From NCBI RefSeq assembly GCF_009914755.1, contig NC_060934.1: 64,000 bases of DNA, one strand, 5' to 3'. The position numbers and the translations under genes are program-made. This stretch comes from the human T2T-CHM13v2.0 reference genome, Homo sapiens. The notes beneath the pieces are model-generated. The model saw only the letters and a program-made list of their open reading frames with translations. It was not told where the DNA came from and did not search any database. This document shows, piece after piece, positions 1 to 13,944 of this stretch. The number at the start of each line of letters is the position of its first letter. Position 1 is the stretch's first letter.

Positions 1-1090
1 TTTATCCCAGGAGTCACTTCATAACAGTTCATAGAGAACTTCTTGACTTTTAAAAATAACTGCATAGTACTCCGCTATATGTGTGCCATAACTCATTCAG
101 CCACTCTCCTATCCTGTGTGTTGGCTCTTAGATCATTCCATATTTAGCAATTATAAGCAATAAATAATCTTGTAGATATGCTTTTGTCTTGCTGGTGGAA
201 TCACTTAAGGATAAATTCCTAAAAGTGGCATTGCTGGGTCAAAGTTAAGTACATATGTAGTTTCGTTAGGTATTGCCTAGTTCTTCATCAGGAAAGTTGT
301 ACCAGTTTGTATTTCTGCTAGCAGTGTGTGAGTGTACCTCTTTCTCAGATGCTGCTTCAATAAACTGTCTTGACATACTTTTTAATTTTTACCAATCTAA
401 TAGATAGGAAGTGGTATCTTGGTGTAATTTTAAGATGTATTTTTGAGTTGGGTTAATCTTATGTTTATATGGCTATTTATTGTATATGAAGTTTTGTCTG
501 CCATTATATCCCCTAACTGGTTATTGTTTGAGTATATAAAGGCTACTGATTTCCATGTGTTAATTATTCTTGCTTCCTGCATCTTTTTTTTTTTTTTTTT
601 TTTTTTTTTGAGACGGAGTTTTGTTCTTATTGCCCAGGCTAGAGTACAGTGGCGTGATCTCGGTTCACCGCAACGTTTGCCTCTCAGGTTCAAGCAATTC
701 TCCTGCCTCAGCCTCCCAAGTAGCTGGGATTACGTGGATGTGCCACCACGCCCGGCTAATTTTGTATTTTTAGTAGAGACAGAGTTTCTCCATGTTGGTC
801 AGGCTGGTCTTGGCCTCCCGACCTCAGGTGATCAGCCAGCCTCGGCCTCCCAAAGTGTTGGGATTACAGGCGTGAGCCACTGCACCTGGCCCTGAATCTT
901 TTATTATTTGACTTAGTTTTATAATTGAGTCTCTGGACTTTTCTTGATATACTGTTATAGCTCCATATAGAAATTTTTCAGTCTTATGCCTCTAATTGAT
1001 TTCACTTGTCTAATTATGTTGGCTAATCCCCCACGCCCCACCTCAATTTATTGTTAAACAATAGTAGAGATGGTAGGCATTTTTTTCCTT
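1..1090 (-). mobile_element. Old L1M(E)-type fragments interrupted by an Alu
   Basis: Antisense L1 ORF2 3' motifs (ggataaattcctaaaagtggcattgctgggtcaaa; gttgtaccagtttgtatttc). Confidence 0.6.
584..891 (-). mobile_element. AluS (Sp-like)
   Basis: T-run then antisense Alu dimer; gtttctccatgttggtcaggctgg; TSD cctg(c/a)atctttt. Confidence 0.93.
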
Positions 1091-1899
1091 ATTCTTTATC
1101 GTATTGGAAGTACTTCTGTTTTTATACTACTGGAAATACTTCTATTTTATACTGTACTTCTGTTTTTATACCAGTTTCTGGTTTTATACTTAGTTTATTT
1201 AATCAACTAACAAAGTATGAAAGATTAGTGTAAGTAATTATATGTCAATAAACCTAATGATTAAAAAGAATCTATCTGTGCTACTTCTGGGTTTGGAGGA
1301 GGATGGTGGCTACCTGATCTTGAATCTCCCCACTGTCCCTCCCCTCTGTTCCAAACAATAAAAAAGGGGAGAACAAGTAAAATCTCACTTGGCCCTGCAT
1401 TTCACAATACTAGGAGACAGAGAATATCATGGCCTTGACATTAGATGGAAGTTCAGAAATAAACTAAATTCCCATAAAGGTTCTATTGCTGTAAGTCTGT
1501 GGATGCCAAGAACAAGTGTAGGGGAGACTTAAAAGACTCCATGAGAACAAGTAGAGTGGTTCAGAGTATTTAGACAATGCACAAACAGAATAGTCTCCTT
1601 ACCCCCAGAAAGAGAAGCTCCAATACAAAGTATAAAATACTGAACACAGGTTTGGACATACTAGACCATATCACCAGCTCTTACAAGAGTGCAGGACAAG
1701 GAATTGAAGCCTCAGAGAAGCATTGCTCCTGGGAGATAATCAGCTATATAAGAAAGATGTGGTTTCCCTTGGAGATAGGCCACTGAAGGGAAAAAAGCGT
1801 ATATGAAGGAAAAGGTAAGGTTCTAATGGAAACAAAAGAGAAAGAAGATATATCAACCCCTCCTTACACCAATGCTATTCATCAATGAAACTGCCCAGA

Positions 1900-2860
1900 A
1901 AAAGGGAACTGTCAGAAGAGGGCACTCTCAAACTAGGAACCCTATTCGCAAAATGAACAGGAATAGAAAAAAGCAGATCACATCTATATAAAAACTACTG
2001 CAAAAGAAGCTGAAAATGCAATTCAGAGTTAAAATGCTGATACAAAATTGACAAAACTGTAACACCTTGCTTCATACTGGATTAAATATCCTTAGTCAGC
2101 ATTTAGGAATAATGAAAAAAAAACAGCTTGAATCAGAAATTTCAAAATAAGAAATGGACAAAAAAGAAACAGGGAAATGAGTGTTAATTGAATCCAGAAA
2201 AGAGAAGACAAATTCAAAATTGTATTACAAATGAAAACTAAATTTGACCAAGGGACAATAAATTTGTATAAAAATTTATTAAGGGGCATTAAAAGCAGGG
2301 AGGGAAACCCCAGAGAATGAAAATGAGCTAAAAAAAAAAAAAAAAGTTAAAAGGTTTAGAGAAAAAAATGATTGAATTGGAAAACAGGCAGAGGAGGTCC
2401 AACATAAGACTACTTGGAGACCTTCAAGAAAATCAGAACAGCTGACTGGAACAAATATCTAAAATTAGAATCCAAGAAAACTTTCTGGAAAGAAAAGAAA
2501 CCTTGAATCTACATATTGAAAGGGCCTACCAGGTACCGGGGGTGATTGACCCAGAACAGTCCAAGAAGTATCCTAGTAAAATTATTATACTTTAAACATT
2601 GAAAAACAAAGAACGTAACTTACAAAGACATGTAAGTTAGACTGGCCATGCTTTTCACAAATAACGTACAAAGCAAGGCAACAGTAGAGTGACATTTCAG
2701 GAATCTTAATGAGTGTAAACCATAAACCAAAGAGATTATATCCAACCATTTGTCCTTCAAGAATCAATCAAGGTTAAAGAAAAACAGTTTGAATGTCCCA
2801 AAACTCAGAGAATACTGTGCACATGTGCCCTTTCTGGTGAATCTACTATAGGGAGAGCTA
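1900..2860 (+). mobile_element. HAL1 / ancient L1 ORF1-like remnant
   Basis: A-rich decayed ORF1-like motifs (aggcagaggaggtccaacataag; gaatctacatattgaaagggcctaccaggtacc; atcctagtaaaattatt). Confidence 0.55.
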
Positions 2861-3749
2861 GAGAACCATGGGTGAGTAGGGAAACTGCTAATGGATGGAT
2901 GGAGATTTTATACATGTAGAGCTAACACCAAAACTAAGATGTAGAGTTTTGGTATATTAGTCATAGTTTGATCAGAGAAGCACAACTGGGTATAATAATG
3001 AGAGAACTAATAGAGAATTCATTATAGGTAGTTGACCTTATGTTATGGTGGAGCTACATGGCTAACTAGTATATGTGAGGCTGTTGCTTTTGTGTGCTCC
3101 TGCAACCTACCTAAGTTTACTAACTTTTCACAGTCTTCAAGCAGAGGTGTGTGTGCGTATGTTCTTGTGCTTTGGTTTGGAATTAAAGTTGTAATTACTG
3201 GCAAATTATATCTCCTGATGGCAGGTCAGGCAGTTGAGAAGGAAAGATGGATATAAAGTAGCAGAGAACAAGGGCAAACCAGAAAGAACGTGCAAACATG
3301 AACTAGAACTTGCAAGGATAAACTGAAACCCATGTAAGCTTTAGTTTAGATGATGAAGTGGAGCAAAACACTCATCTGGCCCAGAAATTAGAGACGCGGA
3401 AGGAGGAGATCTACAACCCTTATATTCTTATTGCTTTCATTTGCCTTGCATATCTTTTTCTACCCCTTTACTTTTAGTCTTTCTGATTCACATTTTCTTA
3501 GATGTATCTTTTATGTAAAGAACTTATCCAAATCTTTTTCTTTTAATAATGAGTTAAGCCCATTGGTACTTATTCATATGACTGGTAATGTACAAGTATT
3601 ATGTGTATTTGGTTATATTTGTTGTGTTTATCAACATGATGCACTTTCTTTGCTGTTTTATTTTCATAATCTCTTCTGATATTTATAAATGTTTACATTT
3701 ATCTTTTATTAATCTTTGTACTTACAACTTTAAAAAATAATTATAGCAA

Positions 3750-3912
3750 AATTTGTTGAAATTTTACTCTACACTAGGTACTATGCTAAATGCCTTACAC
3801 AGATTATCTCTTTTAATCCACCTGACTTATAAGGCATTTGCTGTTATTTTCCTCGTTTTGCAAATGAGAAAACAGATGAACAGGTTAAGTAACTTGCCCA
3901 AGGTAACAGGTG
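3750..3912 (-). mobile_element. MIR
   Basis: MIR core: ttttgcaaatgagaaaacagatgaacaggttaagtaacttgcccaaggtaacag. Confidence 0.75.
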
Positions 3913-4005
3913 TGCAGTCCTTCCCACTCCTCCCCACCACCTTTACCCACATCCCCCAGGCAACCATTCCTCATTGCATCTTTTTTCCCAGCTGCTTTCA
4001 AGGCA

Positions 4006-4011
<6 letters not shown>

Positions 4012-4053
<42 letters not shown>
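4012..4053. repeat. (TG)21 microsatellite
   Basis: Uninterrupted TG repeat. Confidence 0.97.
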
Positions 4054-4056
<3 letters not shown>

Positions 4057-4059
4057 AGC

Positions 4060-4750
4060 CTTTGATTTTCAGCAGTTTGTTTATGATGTGTCTAGACATG
4101 GTTTTAATGTATTTTATTTTGTGTGTGTTGAGCTTGAATTCTCTAAATTTATATATTTAATCAAATTTTGAAAGTTGGGACATTACTCAGTTATTTTTTT
4201 CTGCCCCAATCTTATTTATTCACTTTTTCTGGGATTCCAGTATACTTATTTAGATATTTTGAAACTGTTCCACAGGTCCCTGAGGTTCTGTTTATTTTTT
4301 TTCAATCTTCTTTCTCTCTTTATGTTCTTTAGATTGGATTAATTTCTGTTGAGCTGTCTTCAGGTTCATTAACCTTTTCTTTGTCATGTCCTTTTTGCCA
4401 ATGAGATCATCCAGTGAACTTGTGGTATTTTTCAGTTCTAACATTTTTAGTTACTTTTTATAATTTCCATTTCTCTGTTTTTATTTCCTGTCTTTTTACT
4501 TCATTTGTGTTTTTCTTTACCTCATGGAGCATAGTTATCTAGTTGCTTGAAAGTCTTTGGTAAGTCGAACATCTGCTTTATCTTGGCATCGGTATCTGTT
4601 GCTTGTTTTTTTTGCCCCCTACCTTGATAACTGACCATATTTCCTTGTTCTTTTCTTTGAATATCAGGTAATTTTTTATTGTATCCTGGACGTTGGAATG
4701 TGACGATATGTGAACTCTGGGTTCTGTTATAGTCCTGTAGGGAACATTGG
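4060..4750 (-). mobile_element. Old L1M ORF1-region fragment
   Basis: T-rich antisense motifs (tctgggattccag; gttccacaggtccctgaggttctgtttatt; gtatttttcagttcta). Confidence 0.6.
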
Positions 4751-6051
4751 TAGCCTTATTTTAGTAGGCATCAACCCTCTTAATTCAAATTATAACTTCT
4801 GTCTCATCTTCCATCAGCTCTCGCTCCTTCTGTAAACCCAGTTATTCAGTTATCAGCTCCCCAAGCATTTGCTACACTTTTTAAAATCTGTTCCCTGTAC
4901 TGTAGTTTAGGGGTTAAACAAAGACTTCTGAGTGTTCATACTCAGAAATAAGGAGCCACCTTCCCCAGCTGTTCTCCTCAGGGTTTCTCCCACACTGTCC
5001 AGGTTATGTGGTTTCTTGGGCTAGAGTTGCAGTGGGATTTCTGTTGGAGTTTTGGCTCTCCATACAGCTCCAAAACTGGAACCCACTCTCAGGACAAAGC
5101 TAGGAAAAGGATTGGAAAAGAAAATAAAATTGGCAGCTCACTCTTCTGTCATTTGATCTTCTGTCATTTGCTTTTCTGAGTTTTGGCCCTCCTGTACAAT
5201 CTATCTGGTCGGGTTTACTTTTCTCCATCTTCAAGCAGGGTGTGTCTTCAAGCATGCATGTCTGTGTTTTGATTCGGAATTGATAGTTATAATAGAAGCA
5301 TGAGCTGCTGGGAAATTATACCTCCTGATTTGTGTGGTTTTATTTGTTCATCTTGCAGGTTTGAGTAGTTTTTGGTGGATGTGTTGGGAGATTTGAATGT
5401 TACTTAGCTGTTATTATCTCTACTACTTTGGTAGTCAATATTGAATTTTTTCACTGAATCCAGCCAAACACTTTTTTTTTTTTTTTGGTACTAATTTCTT
5501 GAAATAATGTATTGATTAGATAAGAGAAGTATGTTTTCAGCAGTTCTGTCTACAGAAAGGCTTGTTCTAAGAACCATACAATAGGAATTTTAAATAAATC
5601 AAAAGCCTTATATTATGGAAACATCTTGCTTATATTTATTCTGTTAATCTGTAATGTAAAGTTAGATTAAAAAAAAAAAGACAGTGATACAACAATAAAT
5701 ACCTCCCAAAAGCAGGCATAGTCAACTCTGAATTTCAAAGGGGCTTATTATAGGTGGAAAAAATTTCAACATTTATTAAAAAAATAAAGATAATTTTTAT
5801 AGCATTATCTAAATAAAAGAAAAAAAGTTTTAATCCTGCAATAGCCATATGAATTTGATCATGTGTGTTTTTATGTAGTAATCAAGATTGTTATGAGATT
5901 TAAATTTGTTAGTTTTTTATGTGTGTTAAAATGCAGTTGAAGATCCCAGCGTAGTTCTACTTTTCGTTTTTTTTTAATCTATGGACTTTTAATATTTGTG
6001 ATCCAAAACCTAATGTGTAGATGATGATATTCAAACTTAAATATTTAATAA

Positions 6052-6549
<498 letters not shown>

Positions 6550-8008
6550 TGATTACGATAGATAACGTGTTTTACAGTAAAAAAATAGTTCAAGGTAAAT
6601 ATAAAAGTTGAAATGTCTAAATGAAAACTAATTATAGAAAAGTGATATACATTGACTTAATTTCCTAATAAAAATTTTTTGTTAATTAATATGATGTCTG
6701 AATTAACCTCTTCTCACTCCCTCATAAAACAAACAAAAACACTGAAAAAGCTCCAGGTCAAAAAGAGGAAATAGTTCAGCTTTTAGGTATATTTGTATAT
6801 TCTATCTTTTTTTTTTTTTTTAAACTGCTGTACTTACTGTTTCTTATGAAAACATACGTTTTGGATTTCAGATGTTTTAAGTAGAAGTATTATGTTTCAC
6901 TTTCCAACAAAATATAGCCGTATCTTTTTAAAGATCATGTCAGTGCCCCATGAACTTGAGATGTAGTTTATAAAATAAATAAGCTAGAATTTGTGCATAG
7001 TTTTACTTTTCTCTCCTTTCTTCCATAAGAACTTGAACATGTTTCTGGATCTATTTCCAGAATAGAAATAGGTGTAGCAGAGTATGAGTATCATGCAAGC
7101 GTAGATCATTTTGTTCTATATCTCCCTGGTCTTAGATCTAAAACTACCTCTTGGTTACATCTACATAATTAATAAACTCTACTGAGTACATTCTTATTAA
7201 TCTTTCTTATCTAAACTGAGCTGACATCTGACAGCATGTTAGTCAAAGACAAAAGTAATTCATTTCTTTGCAATCCTGCTTTAGTAATATATGCAGCATT
7301 AGTACATAAAGTAGAAATGTCTGTGTTCCTAATATAAAAAAGCTAGTTGTGGTCCTATGCCCTGATGTTATTCTTAATATACCAAGATACAGTATGTGTT
7401 GTGTTTTGTGGTGTTTGTTTTGTTTTGGCTACTTGGTATTTTGATTTATGACAGGCAGTTACGAGAATTGAATTGTTACTCAAAAAGTGTCTTTTGTAGC
7501 AGTTTGAATTTAAGTGGTTTTAAAAGTTAATAGATTCTGTGATTTTCAAAATAGTGTAGGTGAATATTCTTTGTTAAAAGAGAAACCAGCAGCAAGCTAC
7601 ACTACCCAAACATAGTTCTAGAAATACTGTTATCTTTTGATACAGTTATTCTTTAATTTTTAAAAAAGAATTCTTTGGTCAGATACACTCAGGAAACACT
7701 TTTAATGTTATCAGATTTTTATTGGTGATGGTATCATAATATTTCCCAAATTTTTTACTCTCCTAATTTTCCTTATGGGGGGGTATAGTACACAATATTT
7801 TCCAATCTCATGTAACCACAGAACTCTCCCTTTTTTTTCAGGGAACTCTTATCAATATCAACACAATAATAGTATTATTAACAATTGTAGGTACAGTAGA
7901 CACTATATGTCTGGCATTATTCAAAACATTTTACTTGTATGAACTCATTTTTGCCTGCACAATGCTATGAGTTAGGTAATTAGTTCCATTTTACAGAAGT
8001 AAAACTGA

Positions 8009-8387
<379 letters not shown>

Positions 8388-9095
8388 TTGGGTTTGTTTT
8401 CTAGCCACTCTGTTACACTACCTTTTTATGGTTGCCTAGGACAATGGAGTTCCACAAAGCAGTTTGAACTGCTGATTTAGAGGCCTTGAATGGCTTGTCT
8501 GCTGGCCATGGAAATAATAGTTACATTTTATTGTGTTATATTCTCCACCCTTGAAACTCTACATGAATTGTAAAAACTGAGAGGTGGACTAGAATCACTC
8601 TCTCTTACAGTGTGTATGATATATCGCAGGACTTTCTGACAAAGTGAAATAGTAGATAAGAAGGATTCTTAATCTGGGGTCCTTGGACTCCTGAGAGTCT
8701 TCAGTGGTCCTCAGGATCTGGGATTGTTTACAACAATTTGGCCATGTGTATTTTTCTAGGGAAAGGGCTCATAATTTTCATTGTATTATCCAAGGAGCAT
8801 ATCTTTCAAAATTGTTAAAAATTGTTCATCTGTTGAACAATTGGAGTTATTTTTAAATCTTTGTAGTCTAGGTAATGGATAATTAGAATGCTTTTAAAAT
8901 TATTTTCTTCGCTATATACTACTATGCTTAAGTGCACTAGTAATTGTACTATGAGCCCTGTCATTAGCAAAACTCACTCTTAAGAAAAATGTTCCTTGGG
9001 GAACATTTTAGTTTTTAGATGGACATACCATTTTTTTATATTAAAATCCCAGCATTAAATACAAGTTTGTTTTGTTTTGTTTTGTTTTACCTTGA

Positions 9096-9278
<183 letters not shown>

Positions 9279-11249
9279 TAATACTTACAATCAGAAAAAG
9301 GAAATGTATTTGCTACATTAAATATTTGAAGTTAAAGCGTGATTCTTATGTATGTCAATGTCCTTGTTCTGCTTTTCTTGAGGTACGTACTTTAGTTTTA
9401 TTCTCAAGTATCCTGTTTCTATTTGTGTCAGTATGTATTTGTCACAAAAGAAAACCCCATTCAGTTCTTTTTTTAACCCTTGTTTCAAGGCTGTGTCCCT
9501 AATCACTCAAAAGCTCCTCATTTTGAAGTATCTTCCTAACCACTAGTTTACAATGATCCTTTGTCCTTTTTCAGTTGAATTTTCTCAAACTAGAAAAAAA
9601 ATCCTACCATTCCTGCTTCTATTCAACTTTTATGCTTTGGCTGGAAATACTGATTAGCCAATTCGTCTTAAAACTTGTTTGATTTTATTATGTGTCCTTA
9701 TTTCTAAAAAGTCAGCTAATACATAAAGGTAAAAAAAAGTCCCCTGACCATCAATTCCAGTTTCCCAGAGGTAACCATCCACTGTTAAAGTGTGTGTCTT
9801 TTTGGAAATTTTCTACTCTTATAAAAATAAATTGATATTAAAAAGCCTTTTTGTAGAGAATTTTTTAAACAAATGTAATGATGCTATGCATACATAATGT
9901 TTTGCAGGTTTTTCTAACTTTTTTTTTTTGCATGTTAGTCACCTGAATGATATGACTGTATCACATTCCATTGTAGATGTACTCGGTTATTTCAGACATT
10001 TCCTCCTGATGGTTGTTTTGGCTAAACCATTGGTCTTTAAGTTGCCATGTGTTTGGAAAATAAGTAACCAAGTTCATCATACTCATCCTGTCTAAATACA
10101 TTGTTTCAGATACTGCCTTGTTTTTCTCACTGTTTCTTTCAGTATTGACATTTATTCTCATTTATTTGACAATATTTTCACTTATATACACATAGTAGAA
10201 AAAAATACATATAATATATAATAATATCCACTGTACTGTAAGTCTTCCTGAGGGCTAGAAATATGTTTTGTCTACTACTGAATCCTAGCACCTAGAAAAG
10301 ACCTGGCCTATGGTAGGTGTTCAACAGATATTTGTTGGATGAATTTATGAGCAAATAATACTGTTTCAGGAAGCACTTTTGAAAGTGTGTATTCCTCAAT
10401 ATAAAAGTGTTACATGAAAAACAGATTTTGTGGGTTAATACATTAAAGCAGATGTGTTTTTTAAAGTCTTGCAGACTTTCTTCCAGACTTAAATATGCTA
10501 ATGTATTGTTGAGTGCATTAATGGGGGGATATCTGTGCAGCATTTCTAAACTTATTTGACCAGAGAGCCCTTTATAGGCAGAGCTGCTTATAGGACTGTT
10601 TCCATGGTGTATATTTTAGGGAAAAGTGGTTTTTTAAATTACTAAATTCTTAATGATTAATATTTCTTTATCATTATCTTTTTGGGGTTGTATGTGTCTA
10701 TAATTCGTCAGAGGGGCTAGACCTCTAATGGTGTATTGAATTAGTAAAATAGCCAGCCTGCAACATTCAGGGAGTACTTGTCCTTCTTTTTTAATTGTAT
10801 GTCATTTCTCTTGCTTTACAACTTAATGGGTTTTCGAGTATTGACCATGTGCTCCATTTCAAATATTTATGCATTTAAGTATAATCACAACAAATTTAGG
10901 TTACCTGAAATTGTTTTATATTCTGTGACTTAATATGGTGTCTGCAGAAATGGAAAGTGGAATTTTTTCCTTTTAAAAATACAAGAATATTTATTGTGTT
11001 TTATTTTTGTTTAAGACCTCATTTGCAGAGGATTGAATTGATTATATTCTCATTCATGGCTCACGAACATTGTTTCATGCAGACCCTTCTCATTTAGAAT
11101 AATTTATTTAAATTATAAATTCTCCTACTTCCCCATACCCCCAACTCTCACTCCCCTTACATTAGCATACCTATAAGCAGCCATTGTGATACGTTTAATG
11201 CATGTTTTTATTTGTATGTGATCTTGTAAGTGTTCTGTGTATATTTTTT

Positions 11250-12960
11250 AGTTACTTTATTGTGCTATATTTTATGTATCATAAAGTTAACCCATTGCAA
11301 ATCTATAATTCACTAGTTTTTAGTAAATTTAACAGGTTTTGCAACTGTAACCATACGTTGTTTTTAAAACATTTCATCCCCCAAGTAAGAACCCACATGA
11401 CCACTTACAGATAGTCCCTGTCCCCTCCCATCCCTAGGCAACTGTTAATTTACTTTCTGTCTCTATAAATTTGCCTTTTCCAAACATTTTATTAAATAGA
11501 ATTATATATATTTTCTTGTATTTGGCTTCTTTCATTTCACATAATGAAAAGTTCATGTGTGAAGTAGCATTTCAGTAGTTCATTCCTTTGTATTGCTGGA
11601 TAGTATTCTGTTGTGTGAATATATGACATTTTATCTACCAATTCACCATTGATATTTAGATTGTGTTTTGGCTATTTTGTATATTTTGTTATTTTGGGCT
11701 GTTATGAATAATCTTGCTGTGAGCATTGATACACAGGTTTTACATGGACATACATTTTTATTTGGCATGGGTAGATACCTAGAATTGGTATTGTAGAGTT
11801 ATATGTTTTATGTTTAATTTTTTGAGAGCTGCTGAATTATTTTCCATAGCAATTGCACCATCTTACCTTCCCACTCGAAATATATGTGGGTTCCAATTTT
11901 CTACATGTTCACCGTCACTTGTTATTTTTCATTTTTTAAAAATTCTAGCCATCCTACTGGATATGAAGTGGCATCTCACTGTGGTTTTGATATGCATTTC
12001 CCTTATGACTAATGATGTCAACCACCTTTTCCTGTGCTTATGGGCCATTTTTATATCTTTGAGAAGTGTCAGTATTCTTTGCCAAATTTTTAATTGGGTT
12101 GTCTTTTCTATAATACAGTTGTAAGAATCCTTTGTATATTCTAGGTACAAGTTCTTTATCAGATATATGATTTACAAATGATTTTTCACATTTTTCTGCT
12201 TGCCTTTATACTTAGTTAATCATGTTCTTTGATACATTGAAGTTTTAAATTTTGATGATGACTGATTTGTCCATTTTTTCCTTTTGTTGCTTATGTTTTT
12301 GTTGTTGTAAGAATCCATTGCTAAATCCAAGGTCATAATTATTTACCCCTGTGTTTTATTCTAAAAGTCTTTTAGTTATGGCTCTTATAATTAGGTCTTT
12401 GATCCATTTTGAGTCGATTTTTGTATATGGTGTGAAGTAGGGGTTCAACTTCATTCTTTTACATGTGGATATACAGTTACCCCAGAAACATTTGTCCAAA
12501 AGACTGTTCTTTCTCCCTTGAATAGCTGTAGCAGCCTTGTTAAAAATTAGTTGATCATAGATGTATGGACCCATTGATCTCTCTGTCTGTCTTTATGCCA
12601 GTACCTTACTGTTTTGATTGCTGTAGCTTTTAATAATGTTTGAAATTGGGAAGTATAAGTCCTCCCACTTTCTTCTTTTTCAAGATTATTTTGGCTATCC
12701 TAGGTCCCTTGCAATTTGATAAGAATTTTAGGACCAGCTTGTCCATTTCTGCCAAAATCTTTTGATTGTTTCTTATGTAAACATATTGTCTCCAAAAACA
12801 AATTCCCTTTTGATTTTTAAACTTCCTGTTTCCTTTTATTATATTGCTGGCTAGTACCTCTCTTGCTTTTAAGCATTAGCAATGATGGTGGGTATCTTGT
12901 CATGCTTATAATCTTAAAGGGAATACATGTACATTTTCTCCAGAAGTTTAATATTTGCTG
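11250..12960 (-). mobile_element. L1M (MB/MC-type) ORF2 3' part and 3' UTR
   Basis: Minus-strand ORFs 11929..12150 (TSLVIREMHIKTTVRCHF) and 12356..12574 (QLIFNK...KRMKLNPYFTPYTKIDSKWIKDL) are decayed L1 ORF2p. Confidence 0.88.
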
Positions 12961-13809
12961 TAGCTTTGAGGAATAAGATATCTATGAAGTAAGGAAAATT
13001 TCTGTCTATTGATAGCTGGATAAAATGTGCAATAAAGCAATTAAGTGAAATATTGAATATCATCTCAGTGGTAGGTATATGGATGTTTGTTACAAAAATT
13101 TTTTAACTTTCCTGTGTGTTTGAAAATTTTCCCAATACATTGTTGGGGAGAGGGTCTCAGGAGATGAAAGCAGAACATATTTTCCCAGTAGAATACATTA
13201 GTTTTTCAGTTTATAAAGTAAAGTCCGTAAAGTGTCATGGAACTGCCTGGGTTCAGGTCCCAGATTCTTGACTTACTAACTGTGGGACATTGAAAAAGTT
13301 ACTTAATGATCTGTGTTTTAGTTTTCTCTAAAATATTAAAATCGTCACACAGTTATGAGCATGGCTGGATGGCTGGTTGGCTTGCTCACTATTGGATTAG
13401 TGCTTGGCACATGTAAGTTTTAATGTGTGTCAATTACTAGCTGAGCACAACTGAAATATGTGCATTTAATTTTTAGAAACATGTATTTTGCTACATTGTG
13501 TTTTAAAATTTCATTTTAAAATTTTTGTTTAGTTAAGATGAGGTCAATGCCAGATCTGCTGGAGGCATGATGGGAGATGGGGATAAGAGGGGAAAAGTAG
13601 AGGAATGGACAGGTGGGATATGAAAGGGACTGATTATGTGCATTTGAATAAGAAGTTCATTCTATAATTGATTGGCCTTTTTTCATAATAAAACTTTGTA
13701 CTGCACATACACTCTAAATGTTCTATTGACTATTGAAAATCTTTACACAGCAAAAGACAAAAGCAAAAGTAACATTCATTGCATAAAACCATCCTTTGAA
13801 TTTCTATAG

Positions 13810-13944
<135 letters not shown>

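Noticed and set aside
443-895. 150-aa ORF and similar Alu ORFs (8087, 18402, 26363, 55500, 57726, 63216)
   Set aside because: Alu translation artefacts with poly-F/K runs from the tails.
2950-3420. Possible MLT2-type LTR fragment
   Set aside because: Resemblance too weak to call without a Dfam search.
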